DNA of 64,000 nucleotides from positions 51,547-115,546 of IMG/VR virus record IMGVR_UViG_3300028591_000001; one strand, 5' to 3'. Under the pieces are notes generated by a model. That model made no database searches, was not told the origin of the DNA, and was given only the letters and a program-made list of their open reading frames with translations. Shown here piece after piece: positions 27,269 through 39,600 of the stretch. Source of the DNA: a virus (lineage: Duplodnaviria > Heunggongvirae > Uroviricota > Caudoviricetes). The first letter of the stretch is position 1; each line of letters begins with the position of its first letter. A program made the translations under genes and the position numbers.

Positions 27269-30200
27269 TTAATTTTGTAATGCAGTATCAGCATCTACCC
27301 ATCCAAAATTCATCGGATCTCCAGAGTTTTCCCAATTATATAGTTTATACCATCTAATAAAATAAAAATCAAATATATTTTTTGTGTCTAAATAAATACA
27401 CCAAGCATCATTACCATCATCCAAATTTATTTGCTACATAGTATGTTTATCATTTATTTTATCATTATCATGTATATTCTAAAATAATAATATATTATTA
27501 CTTTCTTCGTACATCCATGGATATTGAGTATAACGACCAGAAGACCGTTTTATTTTGTATGCTGCATAATGTGGATAAGACTTGTCACCAAAAGTAACTA
27601 TAGTAGCCTCCTAATGAAATTTAATTACATTAATTCTTTCTTCCTATGAAGGATATACAATTGGATTAACATATGGATGAGGTCTTCCATCAGAAGCATG
27701 ATATAATTCATTACTTGGCTTTAATTCTGGAAAATCATCTCCTTTTTCAGTTTTAAATTTCTTTGCTTTATATGATTTTACAAAACCTCCATCAAAAATG
27801 TTTCCCTAGAGTACTTTGGAAGTATTTAATTCAGGTTTTGAATAATATACATATAATGGGTCAAAATCATTTCCTTCAAAATCTTTATATTCTATCACAC
27901 GAGTTCTATCATCTGGATTATATGCACTATTTGGATGTTCTAAAATACAATTTACTCTGAAATTTCTTAAATTATCATACTCATCCTATATTTTTTCATT
28001 TGAAATTATATTTGGTTCAGAAAAAGATAATTGCTAATTAATATTAGTACTATCATTATTTTCTACCTCAAATTTAAAATTATTGGAAGTATTTCTTTTT
28101 ATTTGTGCTTCTAAATTGATATTTACTTCAGAAGTAATATCAAATTCATTTGTTTTGGAAGTTTTATTATAGTCTATTATTTTTGCTCCAAAACTTCCTG
28201 AATCTGAAGTATATGCAAAATAGTGAGGAATATGTTTACATATATATTTAAATCCCAATCTCCATCCAATATCTGATTCATTTCTAGAATTATCAAAAAT
28301 ATGTGCTTTACCTAATTCCTAGTTTTGATAATGATGAGAAGCATATATTGGAGTATATTCTTTTTCAGATATCTTTAACCAAAGTCTTTTAAAAGGCTCA
28401 TTAAGACTATATCCTTCATAAACAGGTTCATAGCACATTGCCATATAATTTTCTGTATTAACATCCAATATTAATAAATTTTCTGATGAGTTTAGTAAAG
28501 CAGCATTAACAGAATCTTGAGGATAAGCATTAGTTGATCCAAATGTTTGTCTATCTGGATCATCCTCACCTAACCAAGAGACATCTTCATATTTTCCCTT
28601 TTTAATAACTATAGAAGGAATACTACCAACTATATCTACACTAACATATGGAGAAACAACTCCACTAAATTTTGTTTCATCAGAATTATAATAGCGGGTT
28701 CTTATATAATCCCAAAAGGAAGTAATTTTATAATTGTAAGGAATATTATCTTTTTCTATTAAGTCTCCTTTAATATAATTATTTGTTAAAACTGTAGTTT
28801 TAAAACTTAATTCATTAGTTTGTTCAATACGAGAATATTCCTCAGTAATATCAATTACATCTAAAGGTTCCTAATCCGCATATTTAGAAAAATCTATTAA
28901 TCCTGTAGAATATTTATAACTACTTCCGTCTTCTTTATATATATTATTACCATTTAATGTTCTCTATATAGCAGAACTATTAGGAGTAAAATTAATACTT
29001 TCAATTGATAATAAATTATCAATTTCTTTTGGATACAATTCCTAATTATTTATTTTAATGTGTGGAGTTATAGAAGTATTTACTGTATAGGAGTCTTTTA
29101 AATTATATGTTCCTATTGTATCATTTCCAGTTCTATCATATATAATGTCTCCTTCTGATTCTGTATTAGTTTTAGATTTTCTTTGATTATAAGTACATTC
29201 AATTTGTGGAGTTAATATAAATTTCTTTATATCATAAAAACTTTTAATATAAGCATTTTTATCTGTTTCATAATTATATTCTCCATTTAAAAGATTTACT
29301 GAAGACTCTTTGCCAATATAATTTCCATTAAATATTGGAGTAGTGACATACATTCCATCCCAGGCATTTGGAACATCTATATCTTCTTCTAACTATCCCT
29401 ATTTTTTAACAAATTTAATTCTATATAGTTCTCTTTCTTCTAAGTTATTTCCAAGATTACTTTGTATTTGAGAATGATTAAATATAACAGTATATGAGCC
29501 TGTTCCTGGTGGATTTCCTTCTAATTGAGGTAATTCCCAACTTTCAGTATTACTATAAATAATAGGATATACAGTATATTGAGAATTTTTCATAGGATAA
29601 CTCTAAATAGAGACATTTAAAGTAGTAGTATTATTACTCTAATCATAATAATAACGATATCCTTTTAAATTTACTGTATCAGTTCCAAATAATGTAGAAT
29701 CTAATGTTCCAGACTACTCTAAAGATTTCTAATATATAGGAAAATTAAAATTTTCTCCAAAATTTGAATTAAAATTTGTATTATATAATAAAGGAAATTT
29801 GATAGTATACTTAAAATTATTACTATCTCCAAGTGAAACCCCGTCTATTTCATAAGACAATGTTAACTAATATTTTTCCTGTTCTGGAAGATATATTGGA
29901 TTTATAACAGATTCATTAGGACCACATAATTTTCCATTAAATTCTATTTTAAAAAATTCATTATTAATAGTATCAACACAATTATAAGTATATGTTACAT
30001 CTATATAGATTTTACATTCTCCATTTTCTTTTTTATCTCCAATTATAGAATAAGAAACGTTATCTACATGATTGATAATTGCTCTTAAATATAAAGGAGA
30101 GGCCATTTTATATGAATAAGTATTAATATCCAAACAATTTCTAGCTTTTATTAAATCTGTTTCTCCATTATTAGAATCATTAACCTCAGAATTATTTATA

Positions 30201-30880
30201 TAATAATTATAATGGGTTCCATTATTAACTAAATCCCATAATTTTAATTTATCAGTAATATCAATAAATTCATTCTATGAATTAAATAATCCTATCTAAA
30301 AAGTAAATAGATTATTTTTTAAATGTTGCTAAAAAGTACTTGGACAAATATAAGGTAATAAACCAGTAATTCCGTTAGAATAAATAGAAAATTTATCACC
30401 TGTATGTAAAGTAATGGTTTCTCCATTTTCATTAATACTTATAGGAATAGTAATATTATTTACCTTAATATTATATTTTCTATTATTATTATTACTATTA
30501 TTATTATTACTATTATTATTATTACTATTATTATCAACTTCTAAAAAACTATTAAAATCTAAAAGTGAAGCTGAATTCTAAGTATTTATTTTTCTTTGAG
30601 GAGATGGAAAACTTCCAACCTATCCTCTACTAGTAAGAGGGTTATAAGCAGCAACATATATAACTCCTCCGTATTCTTTCATTCCAACAGGTTCATAACC
30701 TGCAGGAAGAAATGCATTATCTATTTTTCTATTTCCCATGTCATTTTGTAAAACAACTTCATTCCCATTCATTGTTACAAAAGTAGCATTTAAAGCATCA
30801 GAAAGGGTATCATTACCCTAAACCATGGGATGGGTATCCATCTAAAGTCCTTTATTAAACTAATTAACTGCTTGTTCCAT
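27269..30880 (-). CDS. Tail stabilisation-related structural protein (~1203 aa)
   Basis: N-terminus MEQAVN(Q)FNKGL(Q)MD...GNEVVLQNDMGN...GMKEYGGVIYV...G(Q)VGSFPSP; four track fragments in frame. Confidence 0.75.
30481..30535 (-). repeat. In-frame 15-bp tandem repeat (AGTAATAATAATAAT, ~3 copies) encoding an SNNNN linker
   Basis: Plus strand tattattattattac repeated three times. Confidence 0.9.
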
Positions 30881-31446
30881 TATTGTTGTATATATTTAAA
30901 TTTATTTTCTGAAGTCATTACATCATGCATGTTCAAAGGATCTCGAATAATAATTAACTCAGCATTTTGAGTTTTTATTTCGTCATAATATTTATTCATC
31001 CATCCTGTCCTTTCTTCTTTTAGTCTAAAAATATATGGAGCAGAAGGATATTTTATTTTAACTTCCTCTAATAATTTATAGAGAAATACATTTTTAAATA
31101 TTTTATATTTACGATTTTTCTAAGATAAATAATCAATGTACTAATTTTCAGACCGGGTAAAGTAATAGTATCCATCCCATTGAGATTTAGTTCTCTAAAA
31201 CATATAAGCAATTCTTCTAGAAAGTTTATAGCAATAATTTTTAAAAGTAGCTAAACCACTAGAAGGAATTTTCCCTATAAACATAAATTCTTTATTAGTC
31301 AACATTGATACATCATTTCCAGCTCTTACATACTAAAGTATCATTTTCCAGCCATAAACTAAAATTCTTTTTACATCTTCTCTGGAAAGTTCTGGAAATT
31401 TTTCATGAACAGAATCAACATAATCATTAACTTTGGTTATTTTCAT
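30880..31446 (-). CDS. IHF/HU-like DNA-binding-fold protein (188 aa)
   Basis: MKITKVNDYVDSVHEKFPELSREDVKRILVYGWKMI(L)(Q)YVRAGNDV; position matches the IHF-like genes of crAss tail modules. Confidence 0.55.
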
Positions 31447-31896
31447 TTAACAATAAACTCTTCCTTCATTAGTATATTTAACAAGTTTATCTCTTAAATA
31501 TTTATTTACATAAATAGGATATTTTTTATTATATAAAAAATTATCGGATTTTCCATGAATATATAGGTACATCTAATATCCAGTAAATAAAGACTCTAAG
31601 AAATCTACATTCTTAAATTTTCCGTTCTCTCGTACTTTTTCAAATTCTGAACCTGTAATGGCCTCCATATGAATTTCTCCTCCCTAATAACCTACTCCTT
31701 GTATCTTGAATGTAACATTATTTTCTATTACATCATTAAGAATTTGCTAAACCCCCTCTCTAAAAACTTGTTTGATTTTCTATCTTCTAAGTTGTTTTGT
31801 GTTGAATTTTTTTATTAGAGATTTGCATTTTTCATATGGAAACCTTACAAATATATCATTTAAATTACAGGCCCACCCAATAGCAAAGTGTTTCAT
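31447..31896 (-). CDS. Conserved crAss-like protein, possibly IHF-like (149 aa)
   Basis: MKHFAIGWAC...IKQVFREGV(Q)QILNDVIENNVTF...EGRVYC*; open only with TAG=Q and abuts both neighbours. Confidence 0.6.
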
Positions 31897-31897
31897 A

Positions 31898-32602
31898 TTA
31901 TCTTAAAGGTTTATACCCAAAACCAAAACGTTTTCTATCCCAAGAAGCACCTACTTCTAAAATAGAATTCATATCATTTTGAGATAATTTTTTAACTCTA
32001 GCCTAATCACATTGCTTTTGCCATTTTCCTTCTAACATTTGAGACATTTTGATAATATCTCCATTGTTAGTTTTTAATCCTTCTTTAAATTTAGTAACAT
32101 ATGCAATGTATGTTGCAATGGCAGAAGCTTCTTTATCTGTTAATTCTGGAAGTCCTTCTTCATCAGCAATAATACCTTTATAAAGAATATTTACTCTTCC
32201 ATAATTATGAGTGAAATATAATTTATCTTGAACCTATTCATATTTTAAAACTTTTCCTGGAAGATAGTATGGTCCTTGATACTATTTAGCAGATTCTATA
32301 TATTGTTCAGCAAAAGAAGTACTCTAATCACCATAATCAGTTAAATTAGTATTTTGATTCCATTCTTCATAAGAAGTTGTTACAAGTTCCACACAACTAT
32401 CTCCATTTAAATCTAAAGCATTACAAGGAAGAGTTACTGAATTATCTTCAGGATCTATAACAGTAGAATATTTATAAAGTTTTCTTGTTTTATTTCCAAT
32501 AAGATCCCAAGCTATAAGTCCTAATTCTTCCAAGTCTGCATCTTCCATTTGAATTCCGTACATCTAATCTAAAAGTACGGCAGTATAGTGAAAATTATTC
32601 AT
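31898..32602 (-). CDS. Tail ring/tubular protein (234 aa)
   Basis: Extends track ORF 32324-32563. Motifs YKGIIADEEGLPELTD, WQKQCD(Q)AR, SWDRK; ATGA overlap upstream. Confidence 0.7.
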
Positions 32603-33327
32603 CCGGCAGCATATTTCTAATCATTAGGAAGGATAGGAGCAGCATATTGTCTATAATATTTTAATTTCTATTGAGTAAGTCTATCCTTAATAACTATATC
32701 TAAAAAATTTAAATTATTATCCATCTAAGTTATTTTATCAGAGGAAAAATCATTATTATCACAACCACATTGAAATTCTTCTAACTATCTAGGGTCTTTA
32801 AATACTGCTATAACTGAGACCTATTTAATAAGAGGGGCTCCAAAAATATAACAATCTAAAAGTCCTTCATTATTAGGGGTTACATCAATAAATACCCAAG
32901 GTTTATTTTTTCCTCTTTTACGATATTTCTAAAATGTTTGGATTTTATCTATATTCTAAGTATATACTAAAAATGAATGTTGTTTATCAGAAGATCCTAT
33001 ATATTTAATAGAATTAGCTAATCCAAAATCTAATAAAACTTGTGGAATTTGAAAATGTGCTATAGGATTTCCACAAGCGCCTCCTCTACATTTACATTTA
33101 TCTAAAGTTTCACAATCTACAGGAATACAATTTATAGCGGCAACTAAGTCATCTATAGGAAGAATTCCTTTTAACATATATTCTTTAATAACAGCTAGCC
33201 TCATTTGAACAATTTCTTCCTGTAATTGTTCCTTAGACATAGACATATTCTAATGGTATCCTCTTAAACCAGATACTACATCATTAAATACTGCATCGGC
33301 TAGTCGTTCAACTGATGTCCAAGCCAT
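32599..33327 (-). CDS. Tail ring protein (242 aa)
   Basis: Extends track ORF 32956-33246. Motifs YIGSSDKQHSF, AVFKDPR(Q)LE, PILPND(Q). Confidence 0.7.
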
Positions 33328-33329
33328 AT

Positions 33330-33376
33330 AAAAAAAAATAAGCTAGACTAGACCATAAAGGTCCGGTCTAGCTCTA
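33330..33376 (-). terminator. Rho-independent terminator
   Basis: AGCTAGACCGGACC-TTTAT-GGTCTAGTCTAGCT followed by TATTTTTTTT on the minus strand. Confidence 0.8.
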
Positions 33377-33393
33377 TTATTAGATAATTAAAA

Positions 33394-34497
33394 TCAAGCA
33401 ACTAAAGATTTATTTGTTCCAAATGGGTTAACTAACTTAGTATCAGCTGTAGTAGCAATAGCTGAACCCTTTAATGCGTTAAGTTTTGTATAAACTGTAT
33501 ATGCAGGAGTTCCACTTTGAGTGTGCTTACCAGCTACATAAAGAACATGAGTAGTTACAGAAGTAGCTCTGTCTCCAACAACTGTTCCAGCAATGCCATC
33601 TCTATCAACACACATAGTGATGATAAATTGTGTATAAGTTTGTCCAACAATTGGAAGTTCATCAGCTTGTTTAGATGGAGACCAGAATCCAGTATTTGCA
33701 GCAGTTGGAAGTCTTAAGTTATGGATAATCCAGTTATAATCTCCAAATGCTTCTAAGCCTGGAAGAATTGCAATTTGATCTGCACCTAATTCTTGTTCTT
33801 CACCTGCTTCATTGATGAAATATTGTTTGCCATCACTATCCTTGGTTTTAACTGCTCCATCAACAATCTTATAAATAACAGGTACGCCAACTTTAATATC
33901 AACAAAGTCTCCTTGATCTGAACAGCAATCAATAGTATAAGCTTTTGGATCATAACTTTGAAGAGCTGCTTTCTTAATTAATTGATAACCATTTACACAA
34001 GTAAATGTAACTGTTCCTACTGCAGGATCTGGATCATTAGCAGGAGTAGCTGTATAAGATACATCTAAAATCTTATCTTTTTCTCCAGTTTGGAATAAGA
34101 TATATTTATCAGCAATAGCTTTAACTTTCTTAGCAACTGCATCAGCAGTATCTGTAGATTTTACTGGAAATTCTACATAGAAAGGTTTTCCTTTATAAAC
34201 TAAAGCATTAGAATAGAAAGAATCTTGGCTTCCCATTGAAAGTCCTAAATAAAGAACAATACGAGCAGTTGTTTCTCCTGTTTGAGGAATAACATCAGCC
34301 ATATCAAAAGTTATAGCAGCTAGTTGTTCTGCTGTAGGAGCTTTAATCTAAATAGAGGTAATATTAGCAGCATCAAATCTTGTATTACCAATTCTTAAAG
34401 AAGGAGTTTTGCTGTTACCGCTATTATCTATTAAATTCTTGTGTGCACCAGAAGTGCTAATTTGGTTATAAACGGTTTGTGTTGTAAAACTAAACAT
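33394..34497 (-). CDS. Abundant structural protein, probable auxiliary capsid protein (367 aa)
   Basis: Starts MFSFTTQTVYN; single TAG at 34348; followed by a strong terminator; in the capsid operon. Confidence 0.7.
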
Positions 34498-34517
34498 ATT
34501 ATATAAATTTAATTAAA

Positions 34518-35648
34518 TTATGCAGTTTGTCCTGCTGCTTCAGGAGCCTATTGTTGAGCTGGGTTTGCAATAGACTGACTAACTACTGGGTGTGTTTGAA
34601 GTCTCTAATCAGAGATATTTTCCATAATTAAGTGTACCAACTCATTTATAATCTCTTGACAAACATAATCAGGATATTCTAATAATTGTGATTCGTCCTA
34701 TGTTTTGTCAATTTCTTCTTGTGTAAGACGTATGTGTTGAGGAGCTTTAATGTAGTCAACATAAACATCAGTTAATTCAAATACAGTATTATCAGTACCA
34801 TATCTAATTTCCATGCGAACCTAACTTACGTTTCCATAACGAATAGCTGCTCCACGTTCTACATTACTTACTTCAGAACCTCCTATAGAAATACTTTTTG
34901 GTAATCCACTACCTTGAACGATATCAATTCCATTACCATCAGTACCATATCCTGTTACATTTGTAGCAGAATCTGTTCCTTTTTTACCTCCGTTTCCTTC
35001 GGTAATTAAAGTAGAAACAATTTTTATTTCATCGTCTCCAGTATAATCATTTGGATGATTATAAGTAACTGCTACTATTCTTCCATCTGAATAAGTAGTT
35101 GTTTTTGTAAGTTTATTATCACTCCAAACATTACTTACTACAGATCCAGAAACTGGATTTGTTGGAACTTCATTAGAAGTATTTACATTATGAATATAAT
35201 AATAAGGTTTTTTATAAGTAGGTTTATTCCAGAAATTATCCAAAACCTAAGAGTACATATCAGCAGTTAAACGTTTTGCAGGAGCTCTCCAAGTATCTCC
35301 TGCATTATAGCATTTATAAGTTTTATTTACTTTATAAATACAAATGCAATTTAAAATATGAAGATAATCAGACGGCATAACTACTTCATAGGTTGCCATA
35401 TTACTATCTCCTGCCATAGTTAATCCTGCATATTCATTTACTTGCTTAGGTTTAAGTAAAGCAGTAGCTTTAAGCACTCTTAAATCATCTGTTGTTTGTT
35501 GACTAATATCGTAAATATTATATCTCTTATTGACATAATTATTTACAGCTTTATTTGCAAAATAATTAAAATCTTCTAATAAAACATTAGGAGCGTTTTC
35601 TTTATTAAGCTCAATTAATACGCCTTCATAAAGCTAGCGTGCTGTCAT
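34518..35648 (-). CDS. Ring/adaptor structural protein (376 aa)
   Basis: MTAR(Q)LYEGVLIELNKENAP...DDLRVL...YVDYIKAPQHIRL...LEYPDYVCQEIINELV; joins two track fragments. Confidence 0.75.
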
Positions 35649-35675
35649 TGTATAGCTTTAAAAAATTTTATAAAA

Positions 35676-36554
35676 TTATTCTTTGTCCTTATCTTTGTCT
35701 ACTAAATTAGGATATGTATCCTATTTAATAAGTTTTAAGATGCCCGCATTTTTGGGATCTTTTAGGAATAATATGGCAGCTTCATCTGTAGCTCCGAGAA
35801 TAGTATCGTCTCCATAAATATAGAGTTTATTTTTTCTCATAATAATATGTTTATCTCTAGCTTCAATGAATAGTAGTCTAACTGCGGTATCACCTCCTGT
35901 ATATAGTGAAATAATCTTATCTGGGTCTTGTTCAGCAACTTGTAATAGATAATCTGTTACATCAGCATCTGGCATATTATCCATACGATGTCCTAATAAT
36001 TTGGCTCTGAGAACTCTTCCTTCATAGCCTCTTTCATCATTGTAAATAAATGTTTCTGCATCATGCTTAAGTTTCTTACGAGAAACTCTTCTATTAGCTT
36101 CTACACCAGGTCTTACAACATAAAGTTCTGCTATACCATAGCGTCTAGTTTCTTTATTATAAAGTTCCTTTACACCATAAGGTCTCATATCTCCATTAAT
36201 TAGGGAATTTCCCTGATTATCTTTTGAATAATAATCTGGAGCAATAAAAGGATTATGTTTAATAGCCTCCCATTTAAATCTATCACCTACATTATCTAAA
36301 TCAAAAGTCATACCATCTACAACATTAATTACTGCATCTTCTCTAATGAAGTACTCTCTATTAGGATCATTAAGTTCTTTTTCAGAGAGAATCATGTTGC
36401 CATTAGAATCTACTCTTTTTACACAATCAGGCCAATTACCTGTTTTAGGATCTCTACAAGGTTGCATTTTAATAACAATTCCAACCTTTCCCCTTACACT
36501 TTTAAGTACTATCTTATTAGATAAATCAATTTCCTATTTAGTTTCTTTTGCCAT
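35676..36554 (-). CDS. Conserved crAss-like protein immediately downstream of the capsid gene (292 aa)
   Basis: Extends track ORF 35721-36467 through two TAGs to ATG 36554 and TAA 35676. Confidence 0.75.
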
Positions 36555-36586
36555 ATTATTTCATTAACATATTAATATTTTATATA

Positions 36587-36626
36587 TTGATAAGGGTCCC
36601 GAATATTTTTCGGGAAACCTTATCAA
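36587..36626 (-). terminator. Hairpin downstream of the major capsid gene
   Basis: ttgataagg.tcccgaa...ttcggga..ccttatcaa inverted repeat. Confidence 0.65.
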
Positions 36627-36663
36627 CAATATCTAAAAACTTTAAATCTGAAGTTTATTAAAA

Positions 36664-39600
36664 TCAGATTTCTCTAAGCACATACGACTTATAAGGATTA
36701 AATAAAGCTAATGAGCTATAACCCCACATAATACGTTTTGCACCTGCAACAGGAGTAGAAACTTCACCAGATTCTAAACCTGTTAATCCACCAACACCCT
36801 TGATGAATGATTGCATCATATCACCACCTTTAAGAGTAAACAAGCCAATAGGTGGTTGTGAACTTGTTTTATCGCCAGTTAAATCAATAGCGATAGCATA
36901 ACCTTTCTCCATACCAAATTCTCTAGAGAATGTTCTATCTACCTTGAAAGTAATTTCATTACCCATCCAACGATATGTATCAAATCCTTTAGCACCAACT
37001 TCAACATAACCATTAGCCTTCATAGACCATAAGTATGTACCATCAGTATGATATTGTGCTAAGTATGTATCCAATACATCACCAAGTTGATAGTAGAATG
37101 CTTCGTTACAGATAAACATATCACTTTGTTAATCTTATAGTTTCCCATAAGGTCAGACTATATCTTTATCTTTTAATGGACTTATATTACCTTTGTTACC
37201 ATAAAAATATCTCCATCTAAATCCTCCACATCTTTTTTGTTTTCCCGCAATTGCTTGATGTATTCCAGAAACAGAACCTATATTATTCGATCTTGCTGCT
37301 TCTGCTAAAGAATTATATACTTCTAAAAATTCTCCTTTATCATTATATTTAGCAACAGCTTTTCCTATTGTTTCTTTATATTCAAAAATATGTTTATAGG
37401 ACCAATAATAACCGTACGCTTTATTTACTTTTCCATTACAATTATTATTTATAGCTACTCTAGCAGAATTATAATTTTCAAATTGTTGAGCAGCTAATGA
37501 AGCAGATTTCCAAACTTTTATTAAATTTCCTTGTAAATCAAATTGGTATACTGTCTTTTCTTTTGTCTGTACTGGAGGAATATCTGATTCATCTCCATTA
37601 TAGTACTTCCATTGAAAATTTCCACTATATTTTGATTTTCCAATTAAATTTTGACTAATATTAGGAATATTTAAGGCTTCTGTAGCTTCTTTTATAGAAG
37701 ACCAAGTTCTTATAAATTTTCCTTCAATAGTATACTGAGCAATTTCTTTTCTAAGAGACTCTGACATATTTATTATTCCACCTTTAACTAAATTATAGGT
37801 ATCTTTTCTTTTAATAAATTCTTCATTTACTATTTCTTCTTCTTTTTTATATGCCATTATTTTTCCTTCTTCTGTATCTGGAAAAATAAATAAAGTTTCT
37901 CTTATAAAATTTTTATAACCATATTTTTGTACAGCTTTTGGAAATCCTTTAATTACTTTATTTTTAGAATCTTTATGAGTAACTCCACATCCTATATATC
38001 CGTCAAATATATCAGGATTTGTCCTATGTACTCCTACATAGATTTTGCCATTAATTTTATTTGTCGTTTTATAAACAATATAATTCATAAGATATTAAAC
38101 ATTTAGTCGTTGAACATTCCTCCCTTTAGGAGGCCTTTGCTGCTGATTCCCTAATCCTTTAAATTTTTAAACTTTCACATTTAACATTACTGTTTATTGT
38201 TGTAGTTTTAAAGGCTCTAAAGGGTTCCAGCAATTTGAATAATTTATTTTTACAGCCTTTTCAAGCTGCCCAAGCCTATGTTTTGTTTGACTTGTTACCA
38301 GTAGCATTACGTGCTTTTTCATTAAGAGTTTGAATAGCAGTTCTTAATACATTGATAGTAAGTTTGTTATAAGCATATTTACTAGCAAATGCTTCAACTT
38401 GTGGGATTAAACCATCAGAAATATAGATAGGTCTATTGGTTTGTGGATCTACGATAGTAGCTTTTCCGTTTTCATCAACGTTACCTTTAGAGAATAATAA
38501 AGCATTATTACGTCCTTCCAAGAAAGTATTAAGTAAGTTCTTTTGAACAGTATCCATCTTATAGATAGTTTCTGTCATAGAACCTTGATCTTTACCTTCA
38601 GCAACTTTAATGAATACATTTTCTAAAGCAGCATATCTTTCAGAATAGTCAGCATCGAAACGGTGAGTTTGTATATAACCACGCAATTAATTTTATTAGA
38701 CTATATTATTAATTAATATGAAATTTAAATACACATCCGGCAGTTGTATTGGCTAAACCTCTTAATACTCTATTTACTGAGGCTAGTTTTGCATTATGAT
38801 TTTTAGCAGCTTCAGCAACGGAGTTATAAGTTCCTAATAAATTTCCTGTTTTATCAAATACATCTACTTTCTTTTTTAAACAACGTTGTTCAGCGGGAGA
38901 AATTTTATCAAATTTTTCTAACTTAATTTGATATTCTTTGTATAATCCATTTCTTCTATTTATTATATCAGAAACAGAACTAAAAGACTTTACTCCCATA
39001 AATTCTTGTAATGCCTTACAATTTTCAAATTCTTGTAAATATTCTCCTTGTAAAGAATATAAATAAAATTTTTTCCCTCTTAGAGATAATCTAGGTTTTG
39101 GTTTAAATTCATCTATTAAATTAAAAGAATAATAATAACTTTTATCAACCAAACTTTCTCCTTGAATAGCTGTAATTAAAGATGAAGCTTTTTTATTTTC
39201 TAATTCTGCACATTGCGTTAAAGAATCAAATTCAGCAATAAGTTTTCCTCCTTTTGTATATTTATATACAGGTTTTTTAGGAGTTCCTTTGGAATATTCT
39301 TCTCTATTAATTGAATTATTTCTTGACCAAAAATATTCAAATAGTTTTTCTTTATATAAAGTAGCATTTTTAAATGATTTAATTGGGCAATTAAAAAATT
39401 CTGCTGCTTCTATAAGAGTATTCCATTTTTTAACAAGATTTCCGTTATCATCAAATTGATAAATAGGTTCAGTAGGTCTTTCTGCTCCACCACCTAAAAT
39501 TAAATTATAATTGGAGTCTTGTTTAATAAAAGTTTCATCTACAATTTCCTTTTCTTTATTATAAGCATCTTCCGCTTTATCAAAAACATATAAAGTAATT

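Noticed and set aside
33301..33315. tagtcgttcaac resembling a group I intron R element
   Set aside because: Imperfect match, inside coding sequence, with no accompanying P, Q or S elements.
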